64,000 nt of DNA. Origin: Macrostomum lignano (taxonomy: Eukaryota). The position numbers were made by a program, and so were the translations under genes. Position 1 is the first letter of the stretch; every line of letters starts with the position of its first letter. Of the stretch, positions 1-13,373 are shown piece by piece. Location of the stretch: NCBI GenBank assembly GCA_002269645.1, contig NIVC01003109.1, positions 54,943-118,942 of the forward strand, given 5' to 3'. The notes under the pieces are model-generated. The model searched no databases, was not told where the DNA came from, and worked only from the letters and a program-made list of their open reading frames with translations.

Positions 1-466
1 GAACGCGTTGTTGTTGGTTTACATTGCTGAGCCCAGAAATTAGCGCCATTTGGAGCAATTCCTCGAGAGGACTGGTGGATGTCTTCAAATCATCAAACTT
101 ACAGTCCTTAGCGGCACGACGAAGTCGGCTAACGAAGTCAGAAATTGATTCATTTGGTGCTTGTCGCATGGCGAAGAAACGAACGCGTTCAGCGATGACC
201 AGCTTTTCCTTTGGCTTTAGGTACGCCTGCACGGCAGTGTTGATTTCATCAAAAGTCAGGTCGGTCACGGATTTGGGGGCGATTATGCTTTGTATCTTCT
301 CCGAGGCTGTGAGCCCGCAGTGCGCCAAAAAGTTGTCTGCGATGGTCTTCTTTCCATCACTATCAGTCCAGTCCTTTGCTCGGGCCAGCGCTTGGAAGGC
401 AGTCATCCAGGTTTGAGCTCGATCGGGCTTCTCCAGCGGCAGTTCGCCAAGTGACTGCGACGCCAT
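1..466 (-). CDS. gag: N-terminal part of Gag-Pol of a third unit (partial)
   Basis: Matches 4202-4667; ATG at 466. Confidence 0.9.
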   Translation of the reverse strand, partial: MASQSLGELPLEKPDRAQTWMTAFQALARAKDWTDSDGKKTIADNFLAHCGLTASEKIQSIIAPKSVTDLTFDEINTAVQAYLKPKEKLVIAERVRFFAMRQAPNESISDFVSRLRRAAKDCKFDDLKTSTSPLEELLQMALISGLSNVNQQQRV

Positions 467-682
467 TGTTGTGTTTTGTGCTTTGATTCTGTGCTGAGCC
501 GAAAGCTGTTATAACGAGAGCGTAGCTTAAGTTGAATGTATATTTTATTTAACGATATAAGTAACGGCAAGCCTTTATAGAGTCAGAGTCAGTCGGTAGC
601 TGTTTGGGACACAGACAAATAAATTAACGCTGGGGCAACGACTGAAAATAAAAGTACATTGGATTCGGATCGGTATACAACA
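467..682 (-). repeat. LTR (shared between units)
   Basis: On the minus strand it begins TGTTGTATA right after the PPT GAAGGGGGACA (683-693). TATAAA lies at about 573-578 and AATAAA at about 545-550. The 3' end is either ...ACACAACA (467, next to the putative PBS TGGCGTCGCAG) or ...TTATAACA (507). Confidence 0.8.
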
Positions 683-846
683 TGTCCCCCTTCGAGGGAA
701 TGAGAACTGCAACGGAAAAGCGTTGGTGGTTATTGATTAGTGGGTTTGAGTATGAACGGGTGAGCTTAGGGAGCTTGGTGCTTAACAAAGTAACGGCGAA
801 TTCGTTGAAAGTTTGGAATTTAATCAGCGTCTATACTGTTCAGCAA

Positions 847-2202
847 TTACGGCACGAATCGATCAGGGGCCCGACGATTTCGCGAGCTTCGGCGCATCGG
901 GTTGTCATTCGGTTGCTCTGGGGCATCCTGCTCATGGGTCGTTGGTGCCTGCTCTTCTCCGGCCGCCATTTGCATCGGGGGCTGTTGCACAGGCAGATTG
1001 TCATTCGCTTCCTCTTCGTCCGCTGTAAGGGCGTCCTGCTGTGGCATTGATGGGGCCAACTGATTGGTGCTGGCCAGCTTCAGGCTCTCATCTTCTAAAA
1101 TCCATGCCGTATTGTGTCCAGCAGTCATTAGAAATGTAGCCTGGCTTCCCTGAGTTGATTTCTGCGGCTGGTAGATGACGTTGTCTCCTTGCTCGAACTG
1201 TGAGACGACCGGTACACGAAGGCGTCTACCAAGCACCAACTCGGCTGGGCACTGGCCGCGGCTTCTTGAGGAGTTGCGATGGTGCATGATCACTTTTTGC
1301 AGGTAGAATAGGAAATCCATGTGAGTTATTCTCTCCGACCATGCACGCAGCGCTGATTTAACGGTCTGCACTGCCCTTTCTGCGAGGCCGTTTGCCTGAG
1401 CATAGTAGGCGGGTGACTCCATTTTCTTCACTCCATGTGCGCGCAGCCATGCGTTGAGGCTATCGGCCACAAATTCGGGTGGATTGTCTGACACAACCAG
1501 TTCCGGCATACCAAAGCGTGCAAAGACGGCGCAGAGGCACCGCTGGACAGTGCTGGCCACTCTGTTTTGGCAGGGAAACGCTTCTATCCAGCCAGAATGA
1601 GCGTCAACGATAATCAGTATGTCGCCAGCTCCTCTTACATGCGCCCAGTCCATGTGAATGCGTTGGAATGGATAGTCCGGGGCGGGCCATCGATCCCTGT
1701 CGTGGCCGACACGCGGTCGTAGGCGGCTGCAGACCGGGCAGCGTTGGACAAATCGTGACACATCCTGTTGCATCCCAGGCCACCAGCAAGACGCTGAAAG
1801 CAGGTTGTATGAGGCCTGAATTCCAGAGTGGGTGTCATGGATCGCGTCAAAGGCAGCCCGGCGCAACCGTGGGGGGATGTAAACCCTCCTCTGCATGTAA
1901 AGAAGTCCGTTTTCCAGCGTTAGCTTTTCGGAAACGGCTTTGAAGCTTGACTCTGCCTGCGAGCAACCTTGCCAATTTCCATTGCGTACTCTTATTAAAA
2001 TCTTCTGGGTGAACGGGTCTGCGTCCATTTCTGCCAAAATTCTTCCGGCCTCGATCACCGGCGATTCAAATACCACGACGTTGATAGCATCAAACGTTTC
2101 CTTGTCGTCTGCTGAAGGGTGATCAAAGCGGAGCCGAGATAAAGCGTCAGCGTGTGGGATGTCGCGGCCTCGCACGTACTCGATGTTGAAGTCAAATTGC
2201 AT
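847..2202 (-). CDS. pol: End of RNase H plus integrase (451 aa), separated from upstream pol by lesions
   Basis: HHCC zinc finger (HDTHSG...CPVC) and DDE triad (IHMDWA, VSDNPPEF, NGLAERAVQTVK). The start FDFNIEYVRGRDIPHADALSR is the typical RH C-terminal motif. Confidence 0.92.
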   Translation of the reverse strand: MQFDFNIEYVRGRDIPHADALSRLRFDHPSADDKETFDAINVVVFESPVIEAGRILAEMDADPFTQKILIRVRNGNWQGCSQAESSFKAVSEKLTLENGLLYMQRRVYIPPRLRRAAFDAIHDTHSGIQASYNLLSASCWWPGMQQDVSRFVQRCPVCSRLRPRVGHDRDRWPAPDYPFQRIHMDWAHVRGAGDILIIVDAHSGWIEAFPCQNRVASTVQRCLCAVFARFGMPELVVSDNPPEFVADSLNAWLRAHGVKKMESPAYYAQANGLAERAVQTVKSALRAWSERITHMDFLFYLQKVIMHHRNSSRSRGQCPAELVLGRRLRVPVVSQFEQGDNVIYQPQKSTQGSQATFLMTAGHNTAWILEDESLKLASTNQLAPSMPQQDALTADEEEANDNLPVQQPPMQMAAGEEQAPTTHEQDAPEQPNDNPMRRSSRNRRAPDRFVP

Positions 2203-2381
2203 GAGATGCGTAGCTTAGCGCCCGATTCTCGCCGATGTGTTCAGAGGGATGCACCGCGGAAAAGGCGAGTCAGTGGCTGATGATCTGTCTTGATTGTGAA
2301 GTGACGGCCATGAAGGAAGTGCTTCAGTCGAGCGACGGCCCAGAAGATGGCGAGGGCCTCGCGCTCAATATTTGAATAATT
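2203..2381 (-). pseudogene. Disrupted RNase H core
   Basis: Manual translation gives SAE*NYSNIEREALAIFWAVARLKHFLHGRHFTIKTDHQPLTRLF, then a frameshift near 2250, then IPLNTSARIGR*ATHLMQFD (TAA at 2217-2215 where Trp is expected). Confidence 0.9.
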
Positions 2382-4667
2382 TTATTCGGCGGATGACAGC
2401 GTCCTTGATACAAATATTACGGGATGCCCTTCCTGAGTCACTACAGCAGCTATTGAGCTCTTTGAGGCATCCGTTGTTAGAGTCAGCTCCTTTGATAGGC
2501 TATAGGGCTGCACTATTGGCGCAGAGGCGATTTCGGCTTTGAGGTTATTAAAAGCTCGAGAGCACTCGTCGGTCCAGTCAAAGTTGACGTTGGATTTTCG
2601 CAGATGGTTAAGAGGAGCGGTCTTTCGAGCGAAGTTCGGAATCAGTCTCCCAAAGAAGTTGACTAGTCCCAGAAAGCTCGCGAGCTCAGATTTGTTAGTC
2701 GGTGCAGAAACTTGTCTGACTTTTTCAACAAGCCGATCGTCTGGCTGGATTCCGGCGGCAGAGATCTTGAATCCAAGAAAAGAGATGGAATCGGTGTAGT
2801 TGATGCACTTGGACTCGTTGATGGTGACGCGCTTTTCTTGTAGTCGGGTGCGCACCGCGGCAAGGCGCTTTTCTAGAGTAGCCGCATCTGGTGCGTGCAC
2901 CAGGATGTCGTCTTGATAAATCAGCAGTCCTTTGATGTCTGACAAAATCGATTCCATAGTTCTCTGGAAGATGAACGAGGCGTTTTTCATCCCCATTTGC
3001 AGTCTGTTTACTCGGTACAGTCCACGCGACGTGTTGATGATAGAGATATCTCTGGCCGCTTCATCCAGTTCAATTTGCCAGTAGGCCGAGCGGAGGTCGA
3101 CGGTGGCGAAGACTTTTGCGTTTTTCAAGCGTGAGAAAAGGATTTCTACATTGGGGATCGGATGCGAGTCGGACTTGATTTTCTCATTCACGTGCAGTGC
3201 GCTGTAATCGGCACACGTGCGCAAGGTGCCATCTTTCTTTTTCACCCACACCACGGGCGACGCCTTGCTCACGGGTCCCTCGATGGGTTCAATTATTCCT
3301 AGCTGTTGCAAGCGGTCGAGTTCGGCGTTAATCTGCCCCTCAATTGCAATAGGCACGGATCGAGCACGGCAGAATCTGGGTCTGGCACCGTCAACAACCT
3401 CCATGCGAGCTTTCACGCCTTTTATGGTAGGCAGTGGCTCAACTACGCGGGTGTTGTTCTGGGGCACACTTGTGGTGTTAAAGAGGTCCTCCGCGTCCAA
3501 CAGATCGCGACCAAGTAAGCCATATGGTTTGCTCGAGTTGACCACAATGAGCTCTGCAGGGTGCAGATGACCTCGTAGTTCAACCGTGGTTGCCAGCTTT
3601 CCGAGTGATTTCATCACGTGACCATCAAAGGCTTCTAGCCGCCGAAAACACTTCTGCAGCGAGGGTCGACCCAGTCGTTCCCATTGCGAACTGGAGAGCA
3701 CGGAGACGGAGGCGCCTGTATCGATCTGCATGTCGACGGTCTTGCCATCGATAATAAGTGGCTCGGTGGCCACGTTGACAGCGTGGACGGTGCCCACGTC
3801 GCTGAGATGCATCAGAGAAGTCTTTTTATGTGGCTCATTGTCTATTTCATGAGCTGATGGGTCAGTGACTTGGTGCACAGGCCGTGCAGATGATGAGCGA
3901 CATACACTGGCGAAGTGATTTTTCTTACCACATTTTGAACAGAGCTTGCCAAAAGCCGGGCATTTTCCTTCCGAATGTGCTTTGCCGCAGTAACGACAGT
4001 CCTTGACACTCCGATGTCCATTTTGTCGCTGCGAGTAATGCACAGAGGCTTCGTGTGTTTGGATTGAAGGAGCTGGCTGAGTCAAATTCGCTTGAAAGTC
4101 GCTTGATTTTATGGACACAAAAGCTGTCACCTGCTCTAGGTCGCGAATAAAGTCGACAATTTCGAGAACCGACTTGAATGATTTGATTTGAGTGGCTTCC
4201 AGAACGCGTTGTTGTTGGTTTACATTGCTGAGCCCAGAAATTAGCGCCATTTGGAGCAATTCCTCGAGAGGACTGGTGGATGTCTTCAAATCATCAAACT
4301 TACAGTCCTTAGCGGCACGACGAAGTCGGCTAACGAAGTCAGAAATTGATTCATTTGGTGCTTGTCGCATGGCGAAGAAACGAACGCGTTCAGCGATGAC
4401 CAGCTTTTCCTTTGGCTTTAGGTACGCCTGCACGGCAGTGTTGATTTCATCAAAAGTCAGGTCGGTCACGGATTTGGGGGCGATTATGCTTTGTATCTTC
4501 TCCGAGGCTGTGAGCCCGCAGTGCGCCAAAAAGTTGTCTGCGATGGTCTTCTTTCCATCACTATCAGTCCAGTCCTTTGCTCGGGCCAGCGCTTGGAAGG
4601 CAGTCATCCAGGTTTGAGCTCGATCGGGCTTCTCCAGCGGCAGTTCGCCAAGTGACTGCGACGCCAT
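2382..4667 (-). CDS. gag-pol: Gag-protease-reverse transcriptase polyprotein (761 aa), ending early in RNase H
   Basis: Double Cys/His knuckle CRYCGKAH...CSKCGKKNHFASVC, protease IDTGAS, RT motifs VDLRSAYWQ and YQDD, RH start LTTDAS. Confidence 0.95.
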   Translation of the reverse strand: MASQSLGELPLEKPDRAQTWMTAFQALARAKDWTDSDGKKTIADNFLAHCGLTASEKIQSIIAPKSVTDLTFDEINTAVQAYLKPKEKLVIAERVRFFAMRQAPNESISDFVSRLRRAAKDCKFDDLKTSTSPLEELLQMALISGLSNVNQQQRVLEATQIKSFKSVLEIVDFIRDLEQVTAFVSIKSSDFQANLTQPAPSIQTHEASVHYSQRQNGHRSVKDCRYCGKAHSEGKCPAFGKLCSKCGKKNHFASVCRSSSARPVHQVTDPSAHEIDNEPHKKTSLMHLSDVGTVHAVNVATEPLIIDGKTVDMQIDTGASVSVLSSSQWERLGRPSLQKCFRRLEAFDGHVMKSLGKLATTVELRGHLHPAELIVVNSSKPYGLLGRDLLDAEDLFNTTSVPQNNTRVVEPLPTIKGVKARMEVVDGARPRFCRARSVPIAIEGQINAELDRLQQLGIIEPIEGPVSKASPVVWVKKKDGTLRTCADYSALHVNEKIKSDSHPIPNVEILFSRLKNAKVFATVDLRSAYWQIELDEAARDISIINTSRGLYRVNRLQMGMKNASFIFQRTMESILSDIKGLLIYQDDILVHAPDAATLEKRLAAVRTRLQEKRVTINESKCINYTDSISFLGFKISAAGIQPDDRLVEKVRQVSAPTNKSELASFLGLVNFFGRLIPNFARKTAPLNHLRKSNVNFDWTDECSRAFNNLKAEIASAPIVQPYSLSKELTLTTDASKSSIAAVVTQEGHPVIFVSRTLSSAE

Positions 4668-4883
4668 TGTTGTGTTTTGTGCTTTGATTCTGTGCTGAGC
4701 CGAAAGCTGTTATAACGAGAGCGTAGCTTAAGTTGAATGTATATTTTATTTAACGATATAAGTAACGGCAAGCCTTTATAGAGTCAGAGTCAGTCGGTAG
4801 CTGTTTGGGACACAGACAAATAAATTAACGCTGGGGCAACGACTGAAAATAAAAGTACATTGGATTCGGATCGGTATACAACA
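4668..4883 (-). repeat. LTR (shared between units)
   Basis: Same sequence as 467-682 at +4201, with a PPT on one side and the PBS/gag start on the other. Confidence 0.8.
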
Positions 4884-5047
4884 TGTCCCCCTTCGAGGGA
4901 ATGAGAACTGCAACGGAAAAGCGTTGGTGGTTATTGATTAGTGGGTTTGAGTATGAACGGGTGAGCTTAGGGAGCTTGGTGCTTAACAAAGTAACGGCGA
5001 ATTCGTTGAAAGTTTGGAATTTAATCAGCGTCTATACTGTTCAGCAA

Positions 5048-6403
5048 TTACGGCACGAATCGATCAGGGGCCCGACGATTTCGCGAGCTTCGGCGCATCG
5101 GGTTGTCATTCGGTTGCTCTGGGGCATCCTGCTCATGGGTCGTTGGTGCCTGCTCTTCTCCGGCCGCCATTTGCATCGGGGGCTGTTGCACAGGCAGATT
5201 GTCATTCGCTTCCTCTTCGTCCGCTGTAAGGGCGTCCTGCTGTGGCATTGATGGGGCCAACTGATTGGTGCTGGCCAGCTTCAGGCTCTCATCTTCTAAA
5301 ATCCATGCCGTATTGTGTCCAGCAGTCATTAGAAATGTAGCCTGGCTTCCCTGAGTTGATTTCTGCGGCTGGTAGATGACGTTGTCTCCTTGCTCGAACT
5401 GTGAGACGACCGGTACACGAAGGCGTCTACCAAGCACCAACTCGGCTGGGCACTGGCCGCGGCTTCTTGAGGAGTTGCGATGGTGCATGATCACTTTTTG
5501 CAGGTAGAATAGGAAATCCATGTGAGTTATTCTCTCCGACCATGCACGCAGCGCTGATTTAACGGTCTGCACTGCCCTTTCTGCGAGGCCGTTTGCCTGA
5601 GCATAGTAGGCGGGTGACTCCATTTTCTTCACTCCATGTGCGCGCAGCCATGCGTTGAGGCTATCGGCCACAAATTCGGGTGGATTGTCTGACACAACCA
5701 GTTCCGGCATACCAAAGCGTGCAAAGACGGCGCAGAGGCACCGCTGGACAGTGCTGGCCACTCTGTTTTGGCAGGGAAACGCTTCTATCCAGCCAGAATG
5801 AGCGTCAACGATAATCAGTATGTCGCCAGCTCCTCTTACATGCGCCCAGTCCATGTGAATGCGTTGGAATGGATAGTCCGGGGCGGGCCATCGATCCCTG
5901 TCGTGGCCGACACGCGGTCGTAGGCGGCTGCAGACCGGGCAGCGTTGGACAAATCGTGACACATCCTGTTGCATCCCAGGCCACCAGCAAGACGCTGAAA
6001 GCAGGTTGTATGAGGCCTGAATTCCAGAGTGGGTGTCATGGATCGCGTCAAAGGCAGCCCGGCGCAACCGTGGGGGGATGTAAACCCTCCTCTGCATGTA
6101 AAGAAGTCCGTTTTCCAGCGTTAGCTTTTCGGAAACGGCTTTGAAGCTTGACTCTGCCTGCGAGCAACCTTGCCAATTTCCATTGCGTACTCTTATTAAA
6201 ATCTTCTGGGTGAACGGGTCTGCGTCCATTTCTGCCAAAATTCTTCCGGCCTCGATCACCGGCGATTCAAATACCACGACGTTGATAGCATCAAACGTTT
6301 CCTTGTCGTCTGCTGAAGGGTGATCAAAGCGGAGCCGAGATAAAGCGTCAGCGTGTGGGATGTCGCGGCCTCGCACGTACTCGATGTTGAAGTCAAATTG
6401 CAT
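5048..6403 (-). CDS. pol: Integrase ORF, second unit
   Basis: Translation identical to 847-2202. Confidence 0.92.
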   Translation of the reverse strand: MQFDFNIEYVRGRDIPHADALSRLRFDHPSADDKETFDAINVVVFESPVIEAGRILAEMDADPFTQKILIRVRNGNWQGCSQAESSFKAVSEKLTLENGLLYMQRRVYIPPRLRRAAFDAIHDTHSGIQASYNLLSASCWWPGMQQDVSRFVQRCPVCSRLRPRVGHDRDRWPAPDYPFQRIHMDWAHVRGAGDILIIVDAHSGWIEAFPCQNRVASTVQRCLCAVFARFGMPELVVSDNPPEFVADSLNAWLRAHGVKKMESPAYYAQANGLAERAVQTVKSALRAWSERITHMDFLFYLQKVIMHHRNSSRSRGQCPAELVLGRRLRVPVVSQFEQGDNVIYQPQKSTQGSQATFLMTAGHNTAWILEDESLKLASTNQLAPSMPQQDALTADEEEANDNLPVQQPPMQMAAGEEQAPTTHEQDAPEQPNDNPMRRSSRNRRAPDRFVP

Positions 6404-6582
6404 GAGATGCGTAGCTTAGCGCCCGATTCTCGCCGATGTGTTCAGAGGGATGCACCGCGGAAAAGGCGAGTCAGTGGCTGATGATCTGTCTTGATTGTGA
6501 AGTGACGGCCATGAAGGAAGTGCTTCAGTCGAGCGACGGCCCAGAAGATGGCGAGGGCCTCGCGCTCAATATTTGAATAATT
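6404..6582 (-). pseudogene. Disrupted RNase H core, second unit
   Basis: Same three lesions as 2203-2381. Confidence 0.9.
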
Positions 6583-8868
6583 TTATTCGGCGGATGACAG
6601 CGTCCTTGATACAAATATTACGGGATGCCCTTCCTGAGTCACTACAGCAGCTATTGAGCTCTTTGAGGCATCCGTTGTTAGAGTCAGCTCCTTTGATAGG
6701 CTATAGGGCTGCACTATTGGCGCAGAGGCGATTTCGGCTTTGAGGTTATTAAAAGCTCGAGAGCACTCGTCGGTCCAGTCAAAGTTGACGTTGGATTTTC
6801 GCAGATGGTTAAGAGGAGCGGTCTTTCGAGCGAAGTTCGGAATCAGTCTCCCAAAGAAGTTGACTAGTCCCAGAAAGCTCGCGAGCTCAGATTTGTTAGT
6901 CGGTGCAGAAACTTGTCTGACTTTTTCAACAAGCCGATCGTCTGGCTGGATTCCGGCGGCAGAGATCTTGAATCCAAGAAAAGAGATGGAATCGGTGTAG
7001 TTGATGCACTTGGACTCGTTGATGGTGACGCGCTTTTCTTGTAGTCGGGTGCGCACCGCGGCAAGGCGCTTTTCTAGAGTAGCCGCATCTGGTGCGTGCA
7101 CCAGGATGTCGTCTTGATAAATCAGCAGTCCTTTGATGTCTGACAAAATCGATTCCATAGTTCTCTGGAAGATGAACGAGGCGTTTTTCATCCCCATTTG
7201 CAGTCTGTTTACTCGGTACAGTCCACGCGACGTGTTGATGATAGAGATATCTCTGGCCGCTTCATCCAGTTCAATTTGCCAGTAGGCCGAGCGGAGGTCG
7301 ACGGTGGCGAAGACTTTTGCGTTTTTCAAGCGTGAGAAAAGGATTTCTACATTGGGGATCGGATGCGAGTCGGACTTGATTTTCTCATTCACGTGCAGTG
7401 CGCTGTAATCGGCACACGTGCGCAAGGTGCCATCTTTCTTTTTCACCCACACCACGGGCGACGCCTTGCTCACGGGTCCCTCGATGGGTTCAATTATTCC
7501 TAGCTGTTGCAAGCGGTCGAGTTCGGCGTTAATCTGCCCCTCAATTGCAATAGGCACGGATCGAGCACGGCAGAATCTGGGTCTGGCACCGTCAACAACC
7601 TCCATGCGAGCTTTCACGCCTTTTATGGTAGGCAGTGGCTCAACTACGCGGGTGTTGTTCTGGGGCACACTTGTGGTGTTAAAGAGGTCCTCCGCGTCCA
7701 ACAGATCGCGACCAAGTAAGCCATATGGTTTGCTCGAGTTGACCACAATGAGCTCTGCAGGGTGCAGATGACCTCGTAGTTCAACCGTGGTTGCCAGCTT
7801 TCCGAGTGATTTCATCACGTGACCATCAAAGGCTTCTAGCCGCCGAAAACACTTCTGCAGCGAGGGTCGACCCAGTCGTTCCCATTGCGAACTGGAGAGC
7901 ACGGAGACGGAGGCGCCTGTATCGATCTGCATGTCGACGGTCTTGCCATCGATAATAAGTGGCTCGGTGGCCACGTTGACAGCGTGGACGGTGCCCACGT
8001 CGCTGAGATGCATCAGAGAAGTCTTTTTATGTGGCTCATTGTCTATTTCATGAGCTGATGGGTCAGTGACTTGGTGCACAGGCCGTGCAGATGATGAGCG
8101 ACATACACTGGCGAAGTGATTTTTCTTACCACATTTTGAACAGAGCTTGCCAAAAGCCGGGCATTTTCCTTCCGAATGTGCTTTGCCGCAGTAACGACAG
8201 TCCTTGACACTCCGATGTCCATTTTGTCGCTGCGAGTAATGCACAGAGGCTTCGTGTGTTTGGATTGAAGGAGCTGGCTGAGTCAAATTCGCTTGAAAGT
8301 CGCTTGATTTTATGGACACAAAAGCTGTCACCTGCTCTAGGTCGCGAATAAAGTCGACAATTTCGAGAACCGACTTGAATGATTTGATTTGAGTGGCTTC
8401 CAGAACGCGTTGTTGTTGGTTTACATTGCTGAGCCCAGAAATTAGCGCCATTTGGAGCAATTCCTCGAGAGGACTGGTGGATGTCTTCAAATCATCAAAC
8501 TTACAGTCCTTAGCGGCACGACGAAGTCGGCTAACGAAGTCAGAAATTGATTCATTTGGTGCTTGTCGCATGGCGAAGAAACGAACGCGTTCAGCGATGA
8601 CCAGCTTTTCCTTTGGCTTTAGGTACGCCTGCACGGCAGTGTTGATTTCATCAAAAGTCAGGTCGGTCACGGATTTGGGGGCGATTATGCTTTGTATCTT
8701 CTCCGAGGCTGTGAGCCCGCAGTGCGCCAAAAAGTTGTCTGCGATGGTCTTCTTTCCATCACTATCAGTCCAGTCCTTTGCTCGGGCCAGCGCTTGGAAG
8801 GCAGTCATCCAGGTTTGAGCTCGATCGGGCTTCTCCAGCGGCAGTTCGCCAAGTGACTGCGACGCCAT
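6583..8868 (-). CDS. gag-pol: Gag-PR-RT polyprotein, second unit
   Basis: Translation identical to 2382-4667. Confidence 0.95.
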   Translation of the reverse strand: MASQSLGELPLEKPDRAQTWMTAFQALARAKDWTDSDGKKTIADNFLAHCGLTASEKIQSIIAPKSVTDLTFDEINTAVQAYLKPKEKLVIAERVRFFAMRQAPNESISDFVSRLRRAAKDCKFDDLKTSTSPLEELLQMALISGLSNVNQQQRVLEATQIKSFKSVLEIVDFIRDLEQVTAFVSIKSSDFQANLTQPAPSIQTHEASVHYSQRQNGHRSVKDCRYCGKAHSEGKCPAFGKLCSKCGKKNHFASVCRSSSARPVHQVTDPSAHEIDNEPHKKTSLMHLSDVGTVHAVNVATEPLIIDGKTVDMQIDTGASVSVLSSSQWERLGRPSLQKCFRRLEAFDGHVMKSLGKLATTVELRGHLHPAELIVVNSSKPYGLLGRDLLDAEDLFNTTSVPQNNTRVVEPLPTIKGVKARMEVVDGARPRFCRARSVPIAIEGQINAELDRLQQLGIIEPIEGPVSKASPVVWVKKKDGTLRTCADYSALHVNEKIKSDSHPIPNVEILFSRLKNAKVFATVDLRSAYWQIELDEAARDISIINTSRGLYRVNRLQMGMKNASFIFQRTMESILSDIKGLLIYQDDILVHAPDAATLEKRLAAVRTRLQEKRVTINESKCINYTDSISFLGFKISAAGIQPDDRLVEKVRQVSAPTNKSELASFLGLVNFFGRLIPNFARKTAPLNHLRKSNVNFDWTDECSRAFNNLKAEIASAPIVQPYSLSKELTLTTDASKSSIAAVVTQEGHPVIFVSRTLSSAE

Positions 8869-9084
8869 TGTTGTGTTTTGTGCTTTGATTCTGTGCTGAG
8901 CCGAAAGCTGTTATAACGAGAGCGTAGCTTAAGTTGAATGTATATTTTATTTAACGATATAAGTAACGGCAAGCCTTTATAGAGTCAGAGTCAGTCGGTA
9001 GCTGTTTGGGACACAGACAAATAAATTAACGCTGGGGCAACGACTGAAAATAAAAGTACATTGGATTCGGATCGGTATACAACA
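8869..9084 (-). repeat. Outermost 5' LTR of the array
   Basis: Same sequence as the other two LTRs. Identity stops exactly at 9084 (plus strand ...tatacaaca then aaaatattgt). Confidence 0.85.
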
Positions 9085-9364
9085 AAAATATTGTAAAAAA
9101 AGTTTACAAATGACTTAAAATCAGAATGAGTTCCCTATCAGGAACTCGTGCTGCATATCAGCTTCAGAGATGCAGTTGTAAAAGTCTATTGGATCGAAGC
9201 AGCTGGTCTTAAAGTTGCAAAAATATGGAAATAAGACAATTCGACATTTGGATGAGTATATTTTACAAACTAAAATATTTTTATTCAACAGCAAGCAGTT
9301 CTGAGCACAAATCGAATCCAAAATTCGTTGTTTCTGCGGAAACAAGTTATGTTTATCAAGCCGA

Positions 9365-13034
<3,670 letters not shown>

Positions 13035-13373
13035 TTGTTGCGGTTTTGAAGTTGGTTGCTCTTTGAACTTTTGGTTAGCAGCTATATCTATAAAGCTATG
13101 GCGCAGCACGTCCAAAATATTTTAAACCACGTTAAATTTAATTTGCCGGGCGTTCTTGCCATGGATATTTATTTTGCGAGATTTATGAGAACAAATATTC
13201 CGATATTTTAGGGGATTGCTGCAGTTTAAACAAGTTAAACGAACAACTTTAGCCATAGAAAACAAGCAAACAAGTAGATATAGAAAATCTCTAAATTAGT
13301 TCTGTACATTATAGCGTGCACATCAGTTATATAGATTTCGTTCCTAGAGAAATCGTTATCATTCATACCCAAA

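Larger units (their letters stand above)
1..9084 (-). mobile_element. Tandem head-to-tail array of Ty3/gypsy (Mag-like) LTR retrotransposon units sharing LTRs; period 4201 bp; at least 2.1 units; truncated by the window start
   Basis: ORFs recur at exactly +4201 (847/5048, 2382/6583) with identical translations. Domain order is Gag-CCHC, PR, RT, RH, IN. The outer LTR end TGTTGTATA at 9084 abuts host sequence homologous to 14880 onward. Confidence 0.96.

Noticed and set aside
2215-2384. TAA reassigned to Gln or programmed readthrough rescuing pol (all four host genes end in TGA)
   Set aside because: The second TAA replaces a conserved Trp, a frameshift without a slippery site lies between the two stops, and TAA terminates the integrase and 449-aa ORFs normally.
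24-8818. Short antisense and overlapping ORFs within the retrotransposon array
   Set aside because: Shadow frames of gag-pol with no independent signals.
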